This document shows positions 1-6,341 of a DNA stretch of 64,000 nt, in pieces. The notes beneath the pieces are model-generated. The model searched no databases. It had not been told where the DNA came from and saw only the letters and a list, made by a program, of their open reading frames with translations. This DNA comes from a virus. Position 1 is the stretch's first letter. Every line of letters begins with the position of its first letter. Both the position numbers and the translations under genes were made by a program. The stretch spans positions 64,001-128,000 of the IMG/VR virus record IMGVR_UViG_3300001199_000005. One strand, given 5' to 3'.

Positions 1-69
1 CGTATGAGAATTTCGAAATCTCGTCCTCCTGGCCCCAAACCAGGTAATCTTCCTCTGATATAATACGCT
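1..69 (-). tRNA. tRNA-Pro(TGG), 3' end cut by window edge
   Basis: Anticodon arm CCTGG-TTTGGGG-CCAGG; T-arm GAGAT-TTCGAAA-TTCTC; acceptor AGCGTAT/ATACG.. Confidence 0.85.
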
Positions 70-79
70 ATATCTTGTG

Positions 80-151
80 TGTGCCTAATCAGGGATGAAC
101 TGACAACTACCTGTTCCACAAACAGGGGCTTTACATTAAGCTATAGACACC
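80..151 (-). tRNA. tRNA-His(GTG)
   Basis: G-1 plus acceptor GTGTCTA/TAGGCAC; anticodon arm CCTGT-TTGTGGA-ACAGG; atypical T-loop TTCATCC. Confidence 0.85.
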
Positions 152-169
152 ATATAACAAAAACTATTG

Positions 170-242
170 CGTTCAAGGTGGGTATCGAGCCCACTATCCT
201 TAGTTTAACAAACTACCGCTGTACCATACTAGCTTCTCGAAC
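170..242 (-). tRNA. tRNA-Asn(GTT)
   Basis: Acceptor GTTCGAG/CTTGAAC, G73; anticodon loop TTGTTAA; T-arm GTGGG-CTCGATA-CCCAC. Confidence 0.85.
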
Positions 243-249
243 AGGCATA

Positions 250-287
250 TAAACAAACAGCCCAACCTAGTTAAAGATTGGGCTGTT
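250..287 (-). terminator. Intrinsic terminator of attenuator 2, upstream of tRNA-Asn/His/Pro
   Basis: AACAGCCCAATCT-TTAACT-AGGTTGGGCTGTT followed by TGTTT; its 5' arm is also complementary to the end of the leader ORF. Confidence 0.85.
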
Positions 288-312
288 ATGAATTACTAAT
301 ACAATTGCAATA

Positions 313-378
313 TCATCCCACCCAATCTGATTGGTTATTAAGATGTTGCGGTTGTAAGAGAGAATTTATAAATTGCAT
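313..378 (-). CDS. Attenuator leader peptide MQFINSLLQPQHLNNQSDWVG (21 aa)
   Basis: ATG..TGA after an A-rich start context; Gln x4, Asn x3, Pro and His codons; overlaps the antiterminator strand AGATTGGG. Confidence 0.8.
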   Translation of the reverse strand: MQFINSLLQPQHLNNQSDWVG

Positions 379-393
379 TTGTTTTTGTTTAGT

Positions 394-1086
394 TTATTTG
401 GTTGCAGGGGTTGGATTTGAACCAACGTATCCTTTTGGGATAGCCAGCTTATGAGACTGGTGAACTAGGCCTCTATTCGACCCTGCTATATTTACAGATA
501 TTAATTTATTATCGTATTCCCAGTGATGATTAGGACAAAGAGCTATCAAATTATCAATATGATTAATAACACTTATTAAGGTATCATTTGAAAACTCAGA
601 TACTGCTTTTATATGAGCAATCTCAACGTGCTTATCGTATCCACAGATGTTACATTTCTTTTCTTTTAAAGATTCTTCAAAATTTAAACAAGCATCTTTT
701 CTTATCATAGTTCTAGCTGTTTGCCAATTTTTAGAATTTTCAAATTGAAATCCCTTTGTTCTATCCCCTACAACTCTTTTTATCTTTTTGCATTTTTTAT
801 TGCAAAACAAACTTGCGGTTGACTCAAAAACTGTACTACAATTTTTACATTGCTTTGGTTTCGATTTCCTTTTTGGACTGTTTTTATTATTAAGTTTAGC
901 GGCGCAAGAACGAGAACAAAATTTATTAATTCTATTTTTGTAATCTATTTTCTTATTACATAACTCACATCTTTTTGGATTATTGTTGTATTTTGTTTCA
1001 TTCTCTATAAGTTTGTGCTTATTTTGACATGATACATCACAGAATTTATTTTTAACTTCCTTCTTACAACAAAGACATTTATTCAC
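394..1086 (-). CDS. HNH homing endonuclease with N-terminal Cys-rich zinc-finger repeats
   Basis: CNICG..VEIAHI..NLIALCPNHHWEYD HNH core; repeated CxxC/FCxxxC motifs; sits in a tRNA cluster. Confidence 0.9.
   Translation of the reverse strand: MNKCLCCKKEVKNKFCDVSCQNKHKLIENETKYNNNPKRCELCNKKIDYKNRINKFCSRSCAAKLNNKNSPKRKSKPKQCKNCSTVFESTASLFCNKKCKKIKRVVGDRTKGFQFENSKNWQTARTMIRKDACLNFEESLKEKKCNICGYDKHVEIAHIKAVSEFSNDTLISVINHIDNLIALCPNHHWEYDNKLISVNIAGSNRGLVHQSHKLAIPKGYVGSNPTPATK
399..487 (-). tRNA. tRNA-Met(CAT), initiator-like, long variable arm, CCA encoded
   Basis: A1:A72 mismatch, A11:U24 pair, anticodon arm CCAGT-CTCATAA-GCTGG, T-arm GTTGG-TTCAAAT-CCAAC, 3' ACCA. Confidence 0.85.
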
Positions 1087-1104
1087 AGCTAGTATATTAT
1101 GCCG

Positions 1105-1136
1105 TAAATTTAATACATAAAAATTTAACTTCCAAA
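1105..1136 (-). promoter_or_regulatory. Bacteroidota-type promoter for the HNH/tRNA-Met/leader 2 block
   Basis: TTTG-N20-TAAATTTA, one mismatch to the TTTG-N19-21-TAnnTTTG consensus. Confidence 0.5.
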
Positions 1137-1156
1137 TATGAAATATTTGTAATTAG

Positions 1157-1227
1157 CACACCGTAGAAGAATCGAACTCCTATCGTTAAGGTTGGAACTT
1201 AACATGCTACCATTGCAACAACAGTGT
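1157..1227 (-). tRNA. tRNA-Trp(CCA)
   Basis: Acceptor ACACTGT/ACGGTGT, G73; anticodon arm TTAAG-TTCCAAC-CTTAA; T-loop TTCGATT. Confidence 0.88.
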
Positions 1228-1232
1228 ATTTG

Positions 1233-1322
1233 TGGGTGTAGAAGGAATCAAACCTCCGACGATTCTTTACGAATTTTGAATTTACAGTCCAATGCAGCCT
1301 AATCAACAGCTGTCGTACACCC
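1233..1322 (-). tRNA. tRNA-Tyr(GTA)
   Basis: Acceptor GGGTGTA/TACACCC, A73; anticodon arm TTGGA-CTGTAAA-TTCAA; long variable arm. Confidence 0.85.
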
Positions 1323-1329
1323 GTGTTAG

Positions 1330-1417
1330 TAGAGGGTAGGAGATTCCAACTCCTGATACGCTATTAACGTATTGCTTATTTTCAAGATAAGTTCTTCGTG
1401 ACATCCAGACACCCTCT
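1330..1417 (-). tRNA. tRNA-Ser(TGA)
   Basis: Acceptor AGAGGGT/ACCCTCT; anticodon arm CTTAT-CTTGAAA-ATAAG; long variable arm ATACG..CGTAT. Confidence 0.85.
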
Positions 1418-1421
1418 ATTT

Positions 1422-1509
1422 TGGCGGAGAAAGTAGCATTCGAAACTAATTCCTTTCAGAACACATTGTTTAGCAAACGAGTTTAAGCAACCTGCCTAAT
1501 TCATTCTCC
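1422..1509 (-). tRNA. tRNA-Ser(GCT), CCA encoded, imperfect stems
   Basis: GGAGAA../..TTCTCC-GCCA; anticodon loop TTGCTAA; long variable arm. Confidence 0.75.
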
Positions 1510-1513
1510 TTAT

Positions 1514-1551
1514 AAAACAAAAACACCTTCCTATTTACATAAGAAGGTGTT
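1514..1551 (-). terminator. Intrinsic terminator of attenuator 1, upstream of tRNA-Ser/Ser/Tyr/Trp
   Basis: AACACCTTCTTAT-GTAA-ATAGGAAGGTGTT followed by TTTGTTTT. Confidence 0.88.
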
Positions 1552-1572
1552 AGATTTTGTTTATACAATATT

Positions 1573-1632
1573 CTAGCAACCTTCTCGAAGAAAGTACCAC
1601 GAACTAGAATAAGTATAAGTAGTTGTTTTCAT
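1573..1632 (-). CDS. Attenuator leader peptide MKTTTYTYSSSWYFLREGC (19 aa)
   Basis: ATG..TAG just downstream of a consensus promoter; run TAT ACT TAT TCT AGT TCG TGG TAC; 3' end GAGAAGGTTG is complementary to the terminator 5' arm. Confidence 0.85.
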   Translation of the reverse strand: MKTTTYTYSSSWYFLREGC

Positions 1633-1650
1633 TTTAGCTTAATTTATTTG

Positions 1651-1682
1651 CAAATATAATTTGCTTAAGCTATACTTCCAAA
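1651..1682 (-). promoter_or_regulatory. Bacteroidota housekeeping sigma promoter of the tRNA operon
   Basis: Exact TTTG-N20-TATATTTG (-33/-7 consensus). Confidence 0.8.
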
Positions 1683-1684
1683 AG

Positions 1685-1921
1685 TTACCACATTTTTCTT
1701 GAACCACCACCACGACATTCGTGGTCGTTCCAAGCTCTTTTGAATGTGGCCCCTGGTTCCAGGATACGTGTTTGTTCATGCGGGCCAGCATGTGTACAGG
1801 CATCTCCCATTCTTCTTTCTGCACGTCTATGTTTACGTGACTTTAAGAATGGAGACGAAATGCTTACTCCACGATTAATTCTTCTTTGACTCCTTTTCGA
1901 GTCTGGACTTGGATTTTTCAT
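1685..1921 (-). CDS. Hypothetical basic protein
   Basis: ORF; ATG start MKNPSP preferred over the upstream TTG. Confidence 0.45.
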   Translation of the reverse strand: MKNPSPDSKRSQRRINRGVSISSPFLKSRKHRRAERRMGDACTHAGPHEQTRILEPGATFKRAWNDHECRGGGSRKMW

Positions 1922-2048
1922 ATTGCGAGATTTGTTTAATGATTTCTGACATTTCAATTAAGTGCTTAACCTTCTCATCGTTAGTCCTACACATCTTATA
2001 GGTATCGAAATACCTTTTTTCTTCCTTCTTCAGTTGTTGTATATCCAT
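1875..2048 (-). CDS. Hypothetical 57-aa coiled-coil protein (MDIQQLKKEEKRYFDTYK..)
   Basis: Manually translated ORF below the track cutoff, A-rich start context. Confidence 0.55.
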   Translation of the reverse strand: MDIQQLKKEEKRYFDTYKMCRTNDEKVKHLIEMSEIIKQISQYEKSKSRLEKESKKN

Positions 2049-2104
2049 ATTTTAGTTTATGGTTTTACTTTTTTGAAAATTTAGCACCCTCTTCTTTTAG
2101 TGTA

Positions 2105-2690
2105 AGTAGGGTCATGTAAGGTACGACTAAAGAGCTTTTAGGTTTTTAAACCAATTTGTCCTGTCCTTCGTCTTGTGATTATCAGGCTTCACTTCCTTAC
2201 GTTCTGCTGAGAACTCATTAGTATTGTAGCTGCAAAGTTAAGCTCTTTATTTGGTCCGCATTCCTTTCTCAAGGGAACAACACTTCTATCATTACTGAAT
2301 ATTCTTTACCTGCTTTACCTAAACGGTTGTTTATACAAAAGGTTCTGTACTAACTTCTTCACACTTACGCTTTTAACGCTTAATGCTTATAGCTTTCCTC
2401 CAAGCCAGTTCTCCTTAATCCTAGGAAGGTGGTCTGTCGATGGTCAGCACTATCAAGTCTAGGCTAATTACTCCTAGTTTGGTATAGAATATGCCCTGTC
2501 AATTCAAAGCTAGTATTTTTATACCTGTCAAGAGGCGGCCATCTGTAAGGATGTTCCTTTGATAAGTATGGGAATCAATGTTTAACCCAAGGTCTTTATT
2601 TATATTTGCAGTTTTCTATCCAGGTCCTAACTGGGTCAGTGTTGGAATATTTTCACAGCTTGCAGCTATGATAGGGATTGACAATAGAAA
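2105..2690 (-). ncRNA. Candidate large structured non-coding RNA (~580 nt)
   Basis: No ORF >=60 aa; crossing long-range helices 2660-2668/2227-2235 and 2240-2249/2128-2137; T-loop-like hairpin TCCCTTGAGAAAGGA; near tRNA cluster. Confidence 0.6.
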
Positions 2691-2701
2691 TAGGATACGT
2701 T

Positions 2702-3160
2702 TCATAGATTTATTTTTTTAAGTTTAATGACGGAATCTTTTTTAAACAGAATTTGAAATTCTGTTTCTATGTAGTCTGTTGCTTCAAGCTCGTAAGCAGT
2801 GAAGCCTATTTTCTCGAACTCCTTTATGTCTTCTTTGGAAAAGGCCATAAGGAGTTGGTCTAAAGATTTGTAAGCAAAGTAATATGGTCTGATTTCTTTA
2901 TAACTCATTTCACGTATCTTGGGGTCTTCAAACCTATTTGGAAATGCAGGGCTTGAATGCCTATATCTAATAGAAGCTTGATTTGGGTGCGTACTCAATA
3001 TATCAACACCGTCTACTACAGAGTTAAATGGACCTATTCCTGTCTGATTGTGCTCTATTCTGTATGCAGTAATTGGACTAGATATTAACCGCAGCGTTAT
3101 AGAATTAATTTTTGCATGAACAAATCGGAACATTTCCTGCCAGCGTATTAACTGTTCCAT
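2702..3160 (-). CDS. Hypothetical phage protein
   Basis: 152-aa ORF in a coupled minus-strand run. Confidence 0.7.
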   Translation of the reverse strand: MEQLIRWQEMFRFVHAKINSITLRLISSPITAYRIEHNQTGIGPFNSVVDGVDILSTHPNQASIRYRHSSPAFPNRFEDPKIREMSYKEIRPYYFAYKSLDQLLMAFSKEDIKEFEKIGFTAYELEATDYIETEFQILFKKDSVIKLKKINL

Positions 3161-3408
3161 GATAGAATTACTTTTGGGTCTATATTTAACTTTAAATAAA
3201 GCTTCTTCGCAAGTTCAATGTTAAGCTTGCGTTTACCTTTCAGGAATTTACAATGATTGACAACTAATCCTGTAATAGGACAAGTCAATCTGTTAGTGTT
3301 GATTAGGCCAATCCAATGATGCTTACGAAGAGATATTTTTTCCATTGTTTTACACTCTTCGATGAACTCTAGCAGAGTCAGGAATTCTAGTGGGACGTAG
3401 TTACCCAT
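3148..3408 (-). CDS. Hypothetical protein with HigA-like HTH C-terminal fragment
   Basis: C-terminus LKGKRKLNIELAKKLYLKLNIDPKVIL resembles the end of Xre/HigA HTH domains. Confidence 0.5.
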   Translation of the reverse strand: MGNYVPLEFLTLLEFIEECKTMEKISLRKHHWIGLINTNRLTCPITGLVVNHCKFLKGKRKLNIELAKKLYLKLNIDPKVILSWNS

Positions 3409-3586
3409 CTAATTTAACCGGCTCAACCTTTTTGACTAAGGATTCAAAATAAATCTCTAAAAGGTCTTCGGTGGATACACCGGCACATTCACCAGCAAAG
3501 TCAAACCATTCGTCTTGGTTAAACTTATTCTGGTAATACTTTCCTGTGGTCCATTGCATGAACGCACTAATTTCTTTCCTGCTCAT
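3401..3586 (-). CDS. Hypothetical protein
   Basis: Overlap-coupled ORF. Confidence 0.65.
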   Translation of the reverse strand: MSRKEISAFMQWTTGKYYQNKFNQDEWFDFAGECAGVSTEDLLEIYFESLVKKVEPVKLDG

Positions 3587-3980
3587 TTATTGTGATTATT
3601 ATGTTGTTATCATCTTTACAATCTACTGTAAAATATTTATTGTCGGATATAAATACGTCGTATATTAAATCATATTTATCTTCACCCCATTTTGAAAATA
3701 GAATTCTATACCCATCTTCAAAAGTTTTAAGGTTAATGCTATTAATAACACGCATCTTATCTACACCTAAATACATTACAGGCGGTTTACCATGCTCAGA
3801 TAGTCCCCAAGAACATTCTTTATTATCTTTTCTAAAGACGTAGTCAATTGGGTTATAGCTGCTTAGAAATATGCTTTCATAATCCTCTATTTCCTTTTTA
3901 CCACAGTGCTCTAAACAGGTTCTCTTGAACCCTTTGTCTACTAGATACTGTTGAAATCCGGGCAGTTTAGTTGTTTCCAT
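3567..3980 (-). CDS. Hypothetical protein
   Basis: Overlap-coupled 137-aa ORF. Confidence 0.75.
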   Translation of the reverse strand: METTKLPGFQQYLVDKGFKRTCLEHCGKKEIEDYESIFLSSYNPIDYVFRKDNKECSWGLSEHGKPPVMYLGVDKMRVINSINLKTFEDGYRILFSKWGEDKYDLIYDVFISDNKYFTVDCKDDNNIIITINEQERN

Positions 3981-4185
3981 TAATTTGTTTTATATTTGAA
4001 TTGCTTGGGTTGGTAACAACATCATCACTGTTACCTACATATACTAGTCTGCTATCGGAATCAGACGGCTCTTCGTCTAAAGGGACCATTTCGGTGTACT
4101 CAATACCATTAATGAAGTGGGGTGCTATTCCTAAGTGCGTCAAGATTCCCTTCTGGTTAACTGAGTGATAAAATTTTTTTAACAT
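3967..4185 (-). CDS. Hypothetical protein
   Basis: Overlap-coupled ORF. Confidence 0.65.
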   Translation of the reverse strand: MLKKFYHSVNQKGILTHLGIAPHFINGIEYTEMVPLDEEPSDSDSRLVYVGNSDDVVTNPSNSNIKQINGNN

Positions 4186-4552
4186 GTGGTATGGTAATAT
4201 GCTGATAATCTACACAAACAATTTTATTCTTCTTAATACCCAGGTTGCGGTCATGGCAATCTGGAACAATACTTAAGTTATAAAATTCTTGCAGTTGGTT
4301 AACTGTACAAACACCGACTTTTGGTATATACTCTGATACTAGTATCCTATCATTAAATAGACTTAAATATGGTTTAGCAAACCAACCAAGATACTGCGGA
4401 ACATCTCTCTGTACTCTTCTGTAGTTAAGAAGTTCTGCTCTATTGTTAGCACCATCATAGAATTTGTCTATTTTAATGACAAACAATTTACAGACAATGA
4501 CATCTCTATATGAGCCGCTTTTGCAAAGCAGCAACTTTAGTAGTTTAATCAT
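4157..4552 (-). CDS. Minimal protein-kinase-like protein
   Basis: VIKI (beta-3 Lys), NRAE (alpha-C Glu), DCHDRNLG catalytic loop, VCVDY (DFG-like). Confidence 0.65.
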   Translation of the reverse strand: MIKLLKLLLCKSGSYRDVIVCKLFVIKIDKFYDGANNRAELLNYRRVQRDVPQYLGWFAKPYLSLFNDRILVSEYIPKVGVCTVNQLQEFYNLSIVPDCHDRNLGIKKNKIVCVDYQHITIPHVKKILSLS

Positions 4553-4849
4553 TTAGTAGTCTATTATGTCTTCGTGACTTCCGATGATACCGCCACAATC
4601 ATGTAAGAATAATGCAAAATCATGTGTGCCAAAGCGCACATCGTCTTGAAAGACGAGGACAATTTTGTTATCCAGGATTTGCATTATCTCCGTATTATCG
4701 GTGATATAATCGTAGACTTGTCTAGGGACTTTTAATCCCCGTATGCGTGCTGTTTCATATGGGTAGTACCCAATAAGGGTAAAACCGTCTAGTTTGATGG
4801 GAGTTTCGAGCTCTCTAAAGCTCTTGGCTCTTTTTGTTTTCTCTGCCAT
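4553..4849 (-). CDS. Hypothetical protein
   Basis: 98-aa ORF in operon. Confidence 0.7.
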   Translation of the reverse strand: MAEKTKRAKSFRELETPIKLDGFTLIGYYPYETARIRGLKVPRQVYDYITDNTEIMQILDNKIVLVFQDDVRFGTHDFALFLHDCGGIIGSHEDIIDY

Positions 4850-4858
4850 ATTAATTTT

Positions 4859-5080
4859 TTAATTAAAACCAGTTATCCAATCTCTCATCTGGCGCTCAGT
4901 TGAGAGAAAACCGCTGAATAATAATATTGCACCTAATTGTAAAGCGGAATGCCCTTGTGTTTCAGGATGTTTATTCATGTCACTTAGAAAACTTGCGAAT
5001 GCTTCGCTTGTATTACCAGCATCCACATATTCCAACGCTCTCTGTTTGCACCATTCAAGGTGTTCTTTTCTTGTTGCCAT
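4859..5080 (-). CDS. Hypothetical phage protein
   Basis: 73-aa ORF in operon. Confidence 0.75.
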   Translation of the reverse strand: MATRKEHLEWCKQRALEYVDAGNTSEAFASFLSDMNKHPETQGHSALQLGAILLFSGFLSTERQMRDWITGFN

Positions 5081-5086
5081 GTTGAA

Positions 5087-5266
5087 TCAATTTAAATATT
5101 TTTCAGGTATATCTAAATAACCCCACTGTATATGAATAAAAGGAAGTATAAGGTTATGTGTTATTCCTGAAATTTCATGTATATCTGTGGAATAAATAAC
5201 CTTCCAGTACCCAAGTCCAATTATTAAACGAGGGTCAAATTTAAATGTCTTAAGTCTCTTTGTCAT
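5087..5266 (-). CDS. Hypothetical 59-aa protein (MTKRLKTFKFDPRLIIGLGYW..)
   Basis: Manually translated; fills the gap between neighbouring ORFs. Confidence 0.55.
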   Translation of the reverse strand: MTKRLKTFKFDPRLIIGLGYWKVIYSTDIHEISGITHNLILPFIHIQWGYLDIPEKYLN

Positions 5267-5507
5267 TTTTCATTAGGGGTTTAGGTAATGGTTGCCAATG
5301 TGTGGCTAAGAAATGGTGTGATACACTGCTTGAGGGGCTACTCATTAGACGTTTACCGTCGTAAGACATAGCTAGTGCTATTTTAGCACCGTTTTCATCA
5401 CCATCTGGAAAGTACCCTATTACAAGTGTTTCTATCGGCGGCATCTTCTTAGTGACGGGTATCCATCTACTGAAGAGAGAGGCGATAAAGTTTATTATCT
5501 TCTTCAT
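5250..5507 (-). CDS. DUF551-like phage protein
   Basis: WIPVTKKMPP...THWQPLPKP signature. Confidence 0.75.
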   Translation of the reverse strand: MKKIINFIASLFSRWIPVTKKMPPIETLVIGYFPDGDENGAKIALAMSYDGKRLMSSPSSSVSHHFLATHWQPLPKPLMKNDKET

Positions 5508-5809
5508 GTCCGAAATTAGTGGTTATGTTTTATAAAAAGCTTTACGAAATTCCACAATAGGGTCTAAATTGTTATCTATTGCGTACCAGATGACTTCAAT
5601 CGTATCATCTATATCTATGCCTTTAATCTCTGCTATTGAGATTAGTAGCAATGCTACTAAAGTATTCATAATTTAGTTGTCTAGTTTTACTATGATTTAA
5701 ATTGTGATATTAAAAACAGTCTTTGTATTAGTAAATGAAATAGCCGCAGTGCATAACACCACGGTTATCTGATTAACCAATTAACATATCTTTAACCCTA
5801 ATGGGTAAT

Positions 5810-6075
5810 TAGTTCAAAACAAAATCCGCCACCGCTAACCAAGCATAAGCTGGTTCAATCGAGCGATGACGGATTGTTTCTCGGCAGCAGCATGGTACAT
5901 GCATCATGGGCTCTAAGGCCATAGGTGTAAACTGCGTGCGGAGGTTTTTGGGCCCTTGTACTTCGGGACCTTTTTTACTGGCTTGTATTACTAATGCGAC
6001 GCCAGATTTTTTCATTCAATGCGCATAGACCAGATTCACCGAGGCTCAACAAAGTTAAGTCACGGCATAAGGTTC
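5810..6075 (-). ncRNA. Candidate structured RNA downstream of tRNA-Lys
   Basis: GC-rich hairpins with A-rich linkers, ending in AATCCGTCATCGCT..AGCGGTGGCGGATT plus TTGTTTTG. Confidence 0.4.
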
Positions 6076-6088
6076 TGATTTACCTTCG

Positions 6089-6161
6089 TGCAACATACAG
6101 GGTTCGAACCTGTGACCCTCTCATTAAGAGTGAGATACTCTACCAACTGAGCTAATGTTGC
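6089..6161 (-). tRNA. tRNA-Lys(CTT)
   Basis: Canonical cloverleaf: GCAACAT/ATGTTGC, TCTCA-CTCTTAA-TGAGA, TTCGAAC. Confidence 0.95.
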
Positions 6162-6267
6162 TTGAGGGCGTTACCCTCGTTTCTTTTTGTTTGTCAGCCG
6201 TATACTCTAATTACTTACCCATTTATGTAAAAACAATGTAAGTATACAATCATCATCAGGTATTTTG

Positions 6268-6341
6268 CCGCAGCTAAGGGAATCGAACCCATAGTAACCA
6301 ACCCAAGACTCTTAGACTTTCGTAGCATCTTGTAGCTGCGG
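6268..6341 (-). other. tRNA-like element: acceptor stem and T-arm, no normal D or anticodon arm
   Basis: CCGCAGCTA/TAGCTGCGG stem, GGG-TTCGATT-CCC T-arm, internal CAAGAT..GTCTTG stem. Confidence 0.55.

Noticed and set aside
394-1086. Group I intron in a tRNA carrying the HNH gene
   Set aside because: The flanking tRNA-Trp and tRNA-Met are each complete and no intron core was seen; the HNH is free-standing.
1639-1824. 61-aa track ORF
   Set aside because: Overlaps the 1685..1921 ORF and runs through the tRNA-operon promoter; likely spurious.
2385-2402. RNase P RNA (GAGGAAAG on the minus strand)
   Set aside because: Followed by CT rather than TCC, and no matching 3' P4 strand (ACAnAAnnnGGCUUA) in the element.
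6211-6222. Minigene ATG GGT AAG TAA upstream of tRNA-Lys(CTT) as a third attenuator
   Set aside because: Only three codons, and the following hairpin lacks a U-tract and an antiterminator; probably chance.
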